Of a DNA stretch of 64,000 nucleotides, positions 10,358 through 21,956 are shown in pieces. Position 1 is the stretch's first letter, and each line of letters begins with the position of its first letter. This DNA comes from Coniocarpon cinnabarinum (Eukaryota). The stretch is taken from assembly GCA_051942205.1 (NCBI GenBank), contig JAVECO010000043.1, forward strand, positions 1-64,000, read 5' to 3'. A program made the position numbers and the translations under genes. Below the pieces are notes generated by a model. It did no database searches and had not been told where the DNA came from. It saw only the letters and a list, made by a program, of their open reading frames with translations.

Positions 10358-13300
10358 ATGAGCTCCGCTCTTGACGACGAGGATCTCGCTCTGTCCATCA
10401 ACCCCAACTCATACACGCGCCGTGGCTCCGCGCGAGCTTCATCGTCCCTCAATTCTGAGCAAGCTGCCTTACGTCCCGCTCCACCTCCGCCGCAAGACCC
10501 CAATGCCCAGCGACATCATGGCCAAGGCCACCGCAGCCAAGGCACCATTCAGCAACGCCTTGGGCAGTACAAGATTCTCAACACCATTGGAGAAGGCTCG
10601 TTCGGCAAGGTCAAACTCGCTGTCCATCAGGTTACGAACCAGAAGGTCGCGCTCAAGATCATATCGCGCAAGAAGCTCGTCGCCAGGGACATGGCAGGAC
10701 GCATAGAGCGCGAGATTCAATATTTGCAGCTGTTGCGCCATCCGCATATCATCAAGCTGTGAGTAGCGCACCTGTTGCTCTGCCATTCGAATGGTCACGC
10801 GCATCTTTCAATTTCGCTCTCAGGCGTCTTCATGTTTCGCGAGTGCCGGAGCTGCGGCCTAGCTGCTTGAGACAATGCTGACTGGTCCAAGGTACACTGT
10901 CATCACAACGCCTCTTGAGATCATCATGGTCCTCGAGTATGCAGGCTCAGAGCTGTTCCAGTACATTGTAGATCACGGCAAGATGCAAGAAGACAAGGCC
11001 AGGCAGTTCTTCCAGCAGATCGTATGCGCAGTCGAGTACTGTCACCGTCACAAGATCGTCCATCGCGACCTGAAACCGGAGAACTTGCTGCTGGATGATC
11101 AGCTTCATGTCAAGATCGCAGACTTTGGCCTCAGCAATATCATGACTGACGGGAACTTCTTGAAGACGAGCTGCGGCAGCCCCAACTATGCTGCACCAGA
11201 AGTCATCTCCGGTAAGCTGTACGCCGGTCCCGAGGTCGACGTCTGGAGCTGCGGTGTCATCTTGTATGTGCTTCTTGTGGGGCGGCTTCCCTTTGATGAT
11301 GAGTACATCCCGGCTTTGTTTAGGAAAATTGCTTCGGGTCAATATCATCAGCCCCAACATGTATCGCAAGGCGCCCTGCGACTGATCAGGAAGATGTTGC
11401 AAGTCAGCCCTGTCCACCGTATCACCATTCAAGAGATCCGCCAAGACGCCTGGTTCACCAAAGATCTTCCGTCTTACCTCCAGCCACCTGCCGAAGAGTT
11501 CTTCGACACTGGCATTGACCCTGGCAAAGCGATTGATCCAAGCAGTCTCGCGCCGAAGCAAACAGCACAAGTTCAAGAAAAGATCCACGACTCGGTGGTC
11601 GGCAAGCTTGGCAAGACGATGGGATACGGTCGAGAGGATGTGCATCAAGCCCTGGCCGTCGATGAGCCGAACGCGATCAAAGATGCCTATCTCATTGTCC
11701 GCGAGAACCAAATCATGAAGCATACGCCCGCCCTCGCCGACAACCCGTCGTTCCAGCCCTTCTTGGCACAGTCACCGCCTACGTACACCGCTGCCTCGCC
11801 CATCGCTTCTTTCGGCGAGCGCTCTGATCAAGCAGAGTCCTTGCACAAGTTCAACACTCCCGGACAACCCAACGAACGCTCTAGACAAGGCTCAGGTCAT
11901 GCTGCCCCGATCGATCAATCTCGTAGCCCCATCAACACCATCGGCGTCCTACCAAGCTCTCTGCCAGACTACCATCAGGCGTACATGAAAGGCCAGCCCA
12001 AGCCAGCGACCGGCGAAAGCCCGCAAGAGTATGCTCCGACGTCAGCCAGCGCATCGTCATCGACTGCTCAGCACGACAAACAGTCTCCTGAAGCTCAAGC
12101 AGCGACCGCCAGACGCCTGAAACCGCATTCGCGCAGTCAAGCCAACCTCGAACGCATGAACAAGCCAGAAGCCATGACTCCGCTCTCCAACTCTGCACCA
12201 ACCAAGAAGCCACGCCAGACGAAATGGCAGTTTGGCATCAGAAGCCGCAACCCACCCCCTGAAGCCATGCTCGCTATCTACAAAGCTCTCAAAGCCATGG
12301 GCGCCGAGTGGCAAGTTCCCCGTATTCGTCGTCCTCATGGTCGCGAACGCAGGGAACGCACCGAAGAGCAAGACTCGGACGATAGCATCAGCGGCAGTGA
12401 AGCCGACGACCGCAGTGATCCTCCCTCTGACGATGACCGCGGCTATCCTTCCGATGAAGCTCCAGACAGCGATGCCTACCACCATCAAAAGCACGACTCC
12501 TCGTCTACCGCCAGCAGCGGCGCGAGCCTCTCCCGTGGCCGTCGCTCCTCTCGTCGTGATCGCACCCGCTACAGCGCTCACAACGACTGGGGCTATGACG
12601 TCCCCTCCGATCCCTGGATCATCAAAGCGCGCTTCCGCAAGGATGGCATGTATCCACCCGGCGTCCGTCTCCCACATAGCGCACACTCCAGTCGCGCGGA
12701 TCTCTCGTCGGAAGCAGCGATGAAGATGAGTGAACTGCATCCTGACAGTCGTCGCTCCTCCGCTCAAGCATCGCCGCCAACTCCCTCTGTGCCCGTCGCT
12801 CCCTCCTCAGGCACGGCGTCCTCCCTTGAGAATCCCTCACTCACGGGTCCAGCGCCTGGTCCCCCACCCAGTCACATCACGAGTCACGCATCTAATCCCG
12901 CGTCTGCTTCTTCGTCCGCGAGTTCCCGTCCTCAGAGCCGCAAAACGAGTCTCACGCATCTCCTCGGATCGCAAGCGGGTTCGACAACCTCGGCAGTGTC
13001 GACGGGGACCAATGCCGGTATCGACGCGGATGAGAGTGCGTTCGTGTACATGACCATTCAACTGTATACCATCGAAAAGGAATTCTACCTCGTTGACTTC
13101 AAATGCGCGGGCTATGAGCGTCTGGCACTCAAGGTTTCCGATTCGGGAAGTGATGTCCGCCGTACTGAGAGCGCTGATGATGGCGGCGAGGGACAGCATG
13201 TGCGCGAGTTTGACGGACAGAAAGAGCATGACGATGGGAGGGAGAAGGAGGGGGATGCAGGGAAGGAGAGGGAGAAAGTGGGGATGGGCCGCGCGGCGGA

Positions 13301-13379
13301 CGAGAAGGACGTCTCCAGTCCGTTTCCGTTTCTGGATGTGGCGAGTCGGTTGATTATTCAACTTGCGGAGGCGGGCTGA
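10358..13379 (+). CDS. SNF1: AMP-activated Ser/Thr kinase Snf1 catalytic subunit; exons 10358-10758, 10892-13379
   Basis: GEGSFGKVKLA, HRDLKPEN, DFGLSNIMTDGNFLKTSCGSPNYAAPEVISGKLYAGPEVDVWS, KWQFGIRS and YLVDFKCAGYE motifs. GT-AG intron 10759-10891 restores the frame (KL/YTV). Confidence 0.98.
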
Positions 13380-13458
13380 GTGGCGTGTCATGTGGCCAGT
13401 GATGGCTCAGTGCTTCCAAGTCCTGGTATCATGTTTGGGGGAAACTTTTGAAGAGTCA

Positions 13459-13480
13459 TGATGTGATGTGATGTGATGTG
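13459..13480 (+). repeat. (ATGTG)4 microsatellite in the SNF1 3' region
   Basis: tgatgtgatgtgatgtgatgtg read directly. Confidence 0.8.
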
Positions 13481-14039
13481 GTTTGATATCATGAGCATGG
13501 AGATGAGACGCGGTTCGATCTGATGGGCATGGAAATGTGGTCGGGGATGGGATGGGATGGAATGTCAATGATATGCCTGGGTGGAGACGACGCTATTTTG
13601 CGCCTCTCGGTGAAATATGGACTCAAGCACGAGCGCCGTGGAACTTGCGTCAGTCTCGTGAATGAACACAAGAACCCGCCATATCTCCGGAATGCATTCA
13701 CCGTTGCGTCTCTTCTCACCGTTGCATCTCTTCCGCATTCGTTCTTGCATTTATGTTCGCATTCATGTTCGCATTCATGCTCGCAACTCTACTCGTCGTA
13801 TCCTCTTTACAGCTATCGACGTTCCTCTTCACAGCTATCGATATATCACCATCAGCTCGCCGACGTTCCACCACGGAATCATAGCCTTGCCACATTCGCT
13901 CCTCAAGAACGAGAGATGAGAGATGAGCCACTGAAATCTAAAATCTGAAACCTTACGTCTTTATTTCGTGATTAAATCTACTTAAGTGTTCTTAGGATGG
14001 TGGATGTATATTGGATGGTGTCATGTTGGATGGTTTAAT

Positions 14040-14950
14040 GTCGTGAGCTAGTATCGCATGGAGGTGAGATGAGATAGGGGAACAGGTGAGATAGGGGAAT
14101 GAGTGAGATGGACGTAAAAGTGAGATAGACGTAAAGTGAGATGGACGTAAAGTGCAAGAGCGTGAAAAGGAAGTCGCAAAAGGAAGTAGCAAATTAAGAT
14201 AAATCAAGGTAGTAGCAAAACAAAGTAGCAAATTGAGGTAGAATCACGTAATGGCGAATCGAATAGTGGCCAATGCAAGTTGCCAAAGCAAGTGGTCAAA
14301 GCAAGTGGCAAACGTAAGTGGCAAATGTAAGTGGCAAATGTAAGTGGCAAATCAAGGTAAGAGAAGTAGATATAGCAATCAAGAAGTAGACATAGCAAGC
14401 AAGAAAAAAAGAAAGTAACACTAAAAAAAAGCGGGGGATCCAATATATCTAGGAAAAGTGAAGGAAAGTGGAAAGTACTTTAAAAATGTAGCTAGCGAAG
14501 AGGTGGCACGGGTACGTGGGTGGCACGGATACGTGGGCGGCAAGGTTGAAAGATAGTAGAGTGGTAGGATATTTAGATGAGAAGATTTAGATGAGGAGAT
14601 TCAGATGAGAAGAGTAAGGCGGTAGCAACGTTAAGAAAAGGTAAAGTAAAAAGGTAAAGTAGTAGTAAAGTAAGGTGCAAAGATATAGTGGTAGCAGAGT
14701 AAGGTAAAAAGGTAAAGCAGTAGCAAAGTAAGGTCAAAGATATAGTAGTAGCAATAATATAGTGGCAGCCATAGAGACAGGAGAGTAGCGGCAAGCTGAG
14801 ATAGAAGATCTTCAAGTCGTCGCTTGCAAAAAATTGATAGCAAAAAAAAGTCGTTGGAATAACCGAGGACGAGTATCGCAAGAGTTCGAGGAGGAGAACA
14901 AAAAAAAGCGAAAAAAGAAGAGTAGCATTTTTTTTTTTAAAAAAAAAAAA
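14040..14950. repeat. A/G-skewed low-complexity tract with several tandem repeats; probable RIP-degraded repeat or transposon relic
   Basis: Tandem units GTGAGATRGACGTAAA (14103-14153), AAGTGGCAAAYGT x~4 (14303-14352) and GTGGCACGGRTACGTGG x2 (14503-14541); a ~50-bp duplication (14646-14696 / 14704-14753); terminal T11A12 run; visibly TpA-rich. Confidence 0.6.
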
Positions 14951-16642
14951 GTAGGGTTTTTAATTTACATCGTTACAGCTGAGACTTGCGACTTTAGGTT
15001 CCTATCTTGTTAGTTAAGTTTTTGATATAAGCGCATTAAGGGCTACAGTTCCAAGCCTCCGTTTCTAATTAACGTTCCTCATGCTCGTGTTAGAACACGT
15101 CAATTAATCTTCGTCCGCAAATTGCCATCTCGAGACGCTATCGTCTATCGGTGCTTTCTCCTGCTCTGGCTGAGGAAAATCAAGATTCAATCAATATTCG
15201 TCCACTCCCGTGCTGTACTATTATGTTTGAGTTTTATGCGAAAAATCAGACTCCGAGTCTGGATTTTGACTTCAATAAATGACGTTGGAACTCCGGAAAG
15301 GGATGAATGAGCGTGGTGCTTTTTTAACATGGTTCTTCTCCCGATTGAACATGAATGAGCATACGCATTCGCCGAATAAGTATGCGCAATGCGTCCGACT
15401 ATCCCCGTCTTCGCACCGTTGCGAAGTTATCGTGATCTCGAACATTGACGTGTCGTCAATAAAAGAGGAGCCTCGTTTGTAGGACAAGAGTGGCAAAGGT
15501 GGGCAACGAGAAATTATATGGCAATGACATGGCAAGATCAGAGGCGAGAGCGCCTCTTCGGTCGCACCAGGAAAAAGATAGTGCTTAAAAAACAAAACAA
15601 GACTAGCGTATTGCAAAAGCTCGGCAAGAAACGAGCAGCTCGCATATGCCAGAGTCTAGGTTAGTTTGCACCGAGTGACGTGCTGCCCGTCGCAGGGGGT
15701 CATGGCAGAACGTGGTATTCGAATCAGTATTGCGAACTTGGTGTGAATAGCAACTTGGCGGCGATGACCATGGAGTTGGATACACCAGCAATGGGACCAA
15801 GTATCTCGAGTCTGAGAAAGAGTGGCGAATGTAGTGGCAGCCTCACGGGCACAGAGCCTGGTGTTGAAACCAGCGATGAAGTGAAGAGGGAGCATAAAAG
15901 GAGAGGATAGCTTCGTGGACCGAAAGGCGCGAAGTACGTGAAAGAACTGAAGCGCTTGGGTGTAGGAGGCAAAAAGAAACGACGAATGTTGGAGGACGAA
16001 GAGGTCGGCATATTTGACACGTCGAAAGCAATCGGGAGATGAGTGGAAGATTAGGGGAAGTTGTGATGTGGCAATGTCCGGGAACCGGTGTCACGTGCTG
16101 GCGCGAGAAGTCCGTCTATGGGCCATAGAGGCGTAGTGGCATGTATTATCGACTAGTAGCGATGACAAGAGAGTATGGTTGCCGCGCTGTCAGAGAGCAA
16201 AGGCATCGAAGGCCGACTCGAGGCTCTAGAAACATTCTGAGCTGCAATGAAAGGGATAACGTGTAAGAGATGGTTGGAACAACGGCGACGGAGTGGCGAG
16301 AATGAAAGAGCAAATGCGAAGAGATACATGAGAAATGCTATGGGGCTACAAGGGCATTCAGAGAGGTGCAAAGTGCGTAAGTAATACGAAGAAGCGGAGC
16401 TTCACGAGCCATCGAAAATATTTTGCCGTGGGTAACCACACGAGCGATGTCTCAAGCATGTGTCAAAGGAGGTCCTCGAGTGACACCTGTATTCATTCAG
16501 GACGGTATATCATACACAGGGAAAACCCTGGTCCAGACCAGCTTGACTAAGCATGTGAAAGGCAAAAGCGAGTTCACGGGGTTTCGATCGGCGTCATTCA
16601 TTGTCGATTGTGCCTGTCGAGCTCGGAAGGACCGTGAAGGGC

Positions 16643-16891
16643 TTAGCGGTTGTGCCCCATCCCCAAAGTTGTTCCTGCTCGTTTCATTTTTTGCTGAGGA
16701 TCCTGACCCTGACTCTGACCCTGTTGGTCATTGGATGAATTGTCAGTGCTGGCATTGTTGGTAGACGCCGATGTGGTCGTGGTGTTCGTTGTGCTGCTGG
16801 TGTTCCAATGCCACAATCCCTTTCCGCCAACTATTGTCGGCATGCCGACACGGAAGCCTCCAAACATTCCGTTGCCGCTGTGAGTGCTCAT
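16643..16891 (-). CDS. Small orphan protein (82 aa, G/T/N/Q-rich)
   Basis: ATG in CAAC-ATG context after a C/A-rich leader typical of fungal 5' UTRs. Composition is biased and coding-like. No family recognised. Confidence 0.5.
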   Translation of the reverse strand: MSTHSGNGMFGGFRVGMPTIVGGKGLWHWNTSSTTNTTTTSASTNNASTDNSSNDQQGQSQGQDPQQKMKRAGTTLGMGHNR

Positions 16892-18435
16892 GTTGACAAA
16901 GTTGGTTCTTGATGCGTCGCTGTTGTGGAAGTGTTGGTAGTGGCTTGATGGATTGATACAAGAAATGGAACGGAATGAATCTAAAGGTGTGCAAGATGAG
17001 TTGTACGAAGAAGAGAAATGCTCGTCTCCACGAAGCCCTTTATCTCAGTGTGACAATCATGACAGCTTTCAAGGCCAAGTCAAACAGCAACTTGCTACGA
17101 GGGGATAAGCATGGTGAAACAGTGAGCATAAGCGGCGAGGCCGCCAAGGGTAAGCGAAATCGTCATTAGCACGGCATTAGCCACTTGTCAACAGTGAGCA
17201 TACCTACACGGGTAATTGAGCGACCCGTAGAGGCGTCGATCGTCCCGGCGAGCCACTAGCAAATTCACACGAGGCTTCTGATGCAGATTCTGAGGTGTTG
17301 ATGCTTGTGCGCGGCGTGCCGCATGTAATATGAAACACGGATCGATTTTGAGAACAGATATGAGGAAATTAGTTGCTGCCTAAACTGGGTCATCTCGCTA
17401 GCCGGCCTTGTCGAACGCAGTGCAAACAATGTTGGCTCAGACTGGCCCCGAAAAGCGAAAAGGCAAAATGATAGATCCAGATCATGATGAAAGAGGTCGG
17501 ATATCCGCAGGGGTTCGACGGATGGTCCGAAAAGAAGTCAGCGTGCTTTTAGGGTAAGTTATGATCGACGCATATTTCATTCCTTTATGCGGGGGCCAAT
17601 CTAGGACCAATCAAAGTCACGTGTTAACAGCGTGCCGCGCGTGCTTCATTATTAGCCTTTGCGCACAATCTCCTCACTTTATCATGGACTTTCTGCACGT
17701 GCTGCGTTTAGCTATTTCTATTTCTCGAGTGTGCGCGTAACCCCAATATCATTTCAAGAACTCGTAGGCAACGCAGTCCTATACCCTTCCATGCTGCATG
17801 TGATTACAGTCGTTCTCTTTACCGCTCCGCTTCGTTCTGTGACAACTGAGCTGGAAAATTACGTAGAAGCGATGGCGTACAGCAGGCAAATGACCTACTC
17901 GCGAGATGTATCACATTGTATTGATAAGGCGTGGGGCAGCTGCATTTTGGCACGGAGACTCGAAACTCGGCCTCTGCCATGAATCCTTTCGGGGCTGCAA
18001 TGCACTCGTTCTCCTCGGATACCTCAAGCACGTCTTGTTGTCATTTTAAGATGGTTTCGGGAATCCTGCTGAAGCCTCTACACAGAACATGCGACGTAAA
18101 ACTGGGTATAGGAAGGGCGGCCGCTCTTAGGATATGAATAACTTAACGCGGGAGCTTCCTCAGTAGACCCGCTTGAAAATGATGTTACAGAATAACCGTG
18201 CGTTGGGCTTGTTCCGTAAAGTCAAGATATTACGTGATGAGTTGCAGAAACCCATAGATACGATCAAAGCACGGAACCAACCTCCACAGCATAGACCACA
18301 GGATAAGCCAAGAAAGACAAGCCAGCGCAACAACAATATCCACCCCGCCAAAGCCCAGCTTCAAGTCTATTTCGCAAAAGTCAAAAAACTGTACATGACA
18401 GCTCGTGTCGTAAAGGACCCCTCCCTCTTATTTCA

Positions 18436-18690
18436 CTACGGCTGCTCCCTTCCCTTGTTACCACCGCCGAGACCCACCATCTCCAGTCCCTTCCTGAACA
18501 GATGACTCGGCTCTTCTTTCTTGGTCGTCGTGTCCGTGTCGCTCGTGTTCAAGGACTTTTCATTCGTGCCTCTCCGCGTGATGGCGGGGATTCCAAGGCT
18601 CGAGGGACCTTTCCCCGGTGTGTGCTTTTGAGTGGCGTCGCCGGAGCCCGAGCCCGTCTTGGGGTCGTTGCTTTGCTGAGGTGTGCTCAT
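18436..18690 (-). CDS. Small orphan hydrophilic protein (84 aa)
   Basis: AAT-ATG start, C/A-rich leader, ATATAAAG ~125 nt upstream on the minus strand, protein-like composition. No family recognised. Confidence 0.5.
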   Translation of the reverse strand: MSTPQQSNDPKTGSGSGDATQKHTPGKGPSSLGIPAITRRGTNEKSLNTSDTDTTTKKEEPSHLFRKGLEMVGLGGGNKGREQP

Positions 18691-19584
18691 ATTATCGGTG
18701 TTCTGATCTTCTTCAGATGTGTGGGAGGGTGTGAAGTGATTCTAATGTACAAGAACTGGCGTGGTAAGTTTTTCCTGCGGATAGACATAGCTATTGGACT
18801 AAGCGACGTGTACTTTATATGTTCCCATACGCCGGCCAACTGTGAAATATGACGCGATCAAAGGTAGCGAGGCTCCACACAGTCTACACTGAACACGTTG
18901 TGCACGTCTCTTGCGAGGATGATTTGGGCAACTGGTCATCCACCTGACCGACGCGTAGGTGGAGCAAAATACGCTGTTCTCGACCCTAAAGGGGCTAAGT
19001 GCCGCGTATGGCACAAGGGGCTGAGCGTCAACATTACCCGTGATGGAAGGCGACGACTCGAGATCAACACCTGTCAGTTTGACGACGAAACGTGAAACTT
19101 GCAATTCAGAGGAGCCGGAAATGGTGCTGACACAATGACCGGCCGCCGGCCGCTTTTCCCGAGTGCCGATGTTCTTTCGCAAGTAGTTGCCAGTTCCAAC
19201 GTCCTCACATACCTGAAGCGGCGGTTCGTGCGAACTTGGCACCAAAAGCGAACCCCCTATTGACTAAACGCGGGGACTGAAGCTGTGTGGCATACCTATG
19301 GCCCACTTGAGTTGTTTCCGTAAGGCTGCCCAAAGCGGTCAAGGTCTATTTGGAATCCGTGCCTCAGAAAGATGACATTCAAAGTGGTTGCCAGAAACTT
19401 GTGACCCAGAGGGAAAAACCCCTAAGCATCCGAAAGCAGAAGACGTTTTGGGGTTGTGTTACTCCTGTAGCATCCTGAGCTGTCACTGCGTAGTGTCACT
19501 CTGCTCCTCGCTCAATATCGCTGACAGGTTCTTGCCTCATGCTTGGTTTACTCTCCTCACTGCGAAGATAACGACGTAACTTTC

Positions 19585-20388
19585 CTACGACTTCGGATCT
19601 CGAGATCCCCGCCACCGTCGGCGTCGAGCCCGGCGGTCATCGTCGTGCACACGCGTCCTCCGATCGATGGTCACGTCGTTCGCCTTAAGCCGTCGCCGCT
19701 GGGCGAGCGCGTCAGCGCCTTCCGATTCACCTTCAGTGGGCGGAGACGGTGCCCGCAAATGAGGCCATTTGATGATACCCTTCAGCTTGCTGCGGCTTTG
19801 CTTGCGCTGATCTTCGCTCTCCGATGACGAAAAGAAGCCGCTGTCAGTGCGTGTACTTGCACCGCTTGGGGAGTCCTGTGAATGACTTCGGCTGAAGGCA
19901 CCCCGCGAGCTGCTAGACGAGCTGCCTGAGTTCGTCCGATAAGAGCTGCGTGTATCGCTGGAACTACTCTGTCGTCGTCTTCGAAACCTTCCCGTTGCAG
20001 CATTCGGACGAGGTGGAGAATATCCTGGAGGCGGCGGCGGCGGCGAACGCGGCAAAGAAGAAGGGCGAAAAGTATTGCTGCTGTCGCTGTCATAATCGCT
20101 ACTGTCTCCAGCCTCAGGCTCCTGATTCGGCGCTTGGCGTCCACGGTGCGGCCTACGCAAGTCGCGTTCTGTGCGGTCCGATTCACCGTTCGCCGGATGA
20201 TGTGGCGTTGGCGATCCCAGCCGTCTGTCAAAGAAGTCACGGGCTCTCTCGCGAATTCCACGGTGCCATTTTCTTTGAGAATCTGTACTTTCTTCTGAGA
20301 GCAGAGAGTCTTTGCTAGACGCGAGACTGGATCGGGCTGATGTGCCTGTTCGGGGCGGCGGCGATGAAGAGCCTTTCTCGCTTGACAT
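19585..20388 (-). CDS. Ser/Arg/Pro-rich orphan protein (~267 aa)
   Basis: Long low-complexity ORF. First ATG is at 20388 (the track starts at GTG 20391). Confidence 0.55.
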   Translation of the reverse strand: MSSEKGSSSPPPRTGTSARSSLASSKDSLLSEESTDSQRKWHRGIRERARDFFDRRLGSPTPHHPANGESDRTERDLRRPHRGRQAPNQEPEAGDSSDYDSDSSNTFRPSSLPRSPPPPPPGYSPPRPNAATGRFRRRRQSSSSDTRSSYRTNSGSSSSSSRGAFSRSHSQDSPSGASTRTDSGFFSSSESEDQRKQSRSKLKGIIKWPHLRAPSPPTEGESEGADALAQRRRLKANDVTIDRRTRVHDDDRRARRRRWRGSRDPKS

Positions 20389-20882
20389 CACGAATTGTGA
20401 GCGCTCTCTACTGCCGACTCATGTACTAGTTTTGTCAGAGAGTAAAATTTTAGAAGAGCAGTCGTTGGCAAAGCATGACAGGAGCTGCAAGAAAGTTAGG
20501 ATAGATGCAGAGTGAACACATCACCCTCCGCAGGTGGTGCCCCATCCCGGCTAATCGTGATCCTAATTTGTCGTAAGAAGTGCAATGACACGTCTCTGTT
20601 GAAGACGCAACGCGTTCTTCAGTGCATGAAGGATCGGAAGGATTGCACCACGTGTCAAGAGTCGTTCGACAGGAGTTGGAGTGGCTAATACAGGCCCTGC
20701 AGGCCCAATTGGCGTTCAATGCTGCACTGCCGGCTGAAACCATCACTCAACGTGGCTCTCAACATGGTTAAAAGCACCTGCATGTACGCCCTCAGTAGGG
20801 CTGAGTCGCATATTATCCAGTGACCGCTCAAGGTTTTTGCGAGCCGCAGGGGAACCTTCCGGTAGGAGCCGGCACATCAGCG

Positions 20883-21956
20883 CTAGAATTCGATCGCACG
20901 TTTCTGCCACTTGTCAAAGTAGAATGCATCCAGATTGACGTACCACTCCTCGACATATCGCATATGCCACTCCTGACACTTGCGCCTGATGTTGCCCACG
21001 TTGACTGTGATGCCTCGTCTTCCATACTCATGTCGTTTCTCCTCAATGTATTCGCGAAGATATTCGACAGCGTGATTCCAGTTCAAGAGCTCGGATCCAT
21101 TGCCTGTGCTGACAACCGTGGTCGTGTATATCAAAGCGTACAACGTCGGCTGCGCCACCAGTGTCAAGCCATTGTCGTCGAAAATGACATGGTCTTTCTC
21201 AAGCGCAAGCCTGCACAGCTCTTCCCTCGACTCATCGGGTAGGTTTTCGAGCAACAGCCTAGGCTTGCCGAATGCACGCCAAGCATGGCGTCTGCCTAAG
21301 CGTTCATCCATTTGCGCTGTAGCTGCAGACTTGACGTTATCGAAGAGCCTCATTTCCTCCGGTGTCCATGCCATGAGCGCGTTTCGAAACTCGCCAAAGC
21401 TTAACCGCATCTCATCTTGCTTGTGCTCAAGGGCAAAAGAAAGATCCCCGAACGCTACCATTCGCGCCTGCGCTCCTCGTCTGTGTGTTTCAGAGGCGAT
21501 GGCACGGAGATATTCAGCATAGACCCGCATCTGAGGGCAAGGACGGTGAATTCGTCGCAAAACAAACGGCGCACTGGGCTGTGCTGCACGTCCAGGTAAG
21601 TGTGGATGAGGTATCCTATGTCTTTCAAACGTGCGATGCTGACCCTGAGATGTCTCTTCTGACGATGTGCTCCGAGATGAGCTGTCATCGCTTGAGCTCG
21701 TCGAGAGCGAGTCTCGTGCCTCCTCATCATGCGACCGTTGAGTCTCCGTAGCGCGTGAACGCTCGCGCGCCTGACGTCGTCTGTCGATGTTTGCCTGTCG
21801 CTCTCTATCGGCCGCGCGGTCTTCGGCGAGATCAATTATTTCGCCCACTGGCTGATATGGTCTTTGAGCTTGTGATGAACTCTCTGGCTCGGTCGTCCGT
21901 TTGCGACCTTTTTTCTTCCGCGCATCGCCTTGATGCTTAGACTGACTATGTCCCAT
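20883..21956 (-). CDS. Hypothetical protein (357 aa) with N-myristoylation-type start, basic cluster and helical C-terminal domain
   Basis: CACC-ATG-G start context; MGHSQSK...RKKKGRKR; globular-looking C-terminal ~200 aa. Confidence 0.7.
   Translation of the reverse strand: MGHSQSKHQGDARKKKGRKRTTEPESSSQAQRPYQPVGEIIDLAEDRAADRERQANIDRRRQARERSRATETQRSHDEEARDSLSTSSSDDSSSRSTSSEETSQGQHRTFERHRIPHPHLPGRAAQPSAPFVLRRIHRPCPQMRVYAEYLRAIASETHRRGAQARMVAFGDLSFALEHKQDEMRLSFGEFRNALMAWTPEEMRLFDNVKSAATAQMDERLGRRHAWRAFGKPRLLLENLPDESREELCRLALEKDHVIFDDNGLTLVAQPTLYALIYTTTVVSTGNGSELLNWNHAVEYLREYIEEKRHEYGRRGITVNVGNIRRKCQEWHMRYVEEWYVNLDAFYFDKWQKRAIEF

Noticed and set aside
10947..12767. Long antisense ORFs (258 and 236 aa) opposite SNF1, and similar ones opposite SPT6, ISW2 and NOT3
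   Set aside because: These are shadows of codon bias in GC-rich conserved genes and carry no independent motifs.
14303..14352. CRISPR-like repeat array
   Set aside because: The repeats are directly adjacent with no unique spacers, the context is eukaryotic and there are no cas genes.
15680..16042. + strand frame interrupted by a single TAG (15908-15910), as a possible pseudogene or A-to-I-restored stop
   Set aside because: The frame is short, has no recognisable domain and stops again at ~16042.
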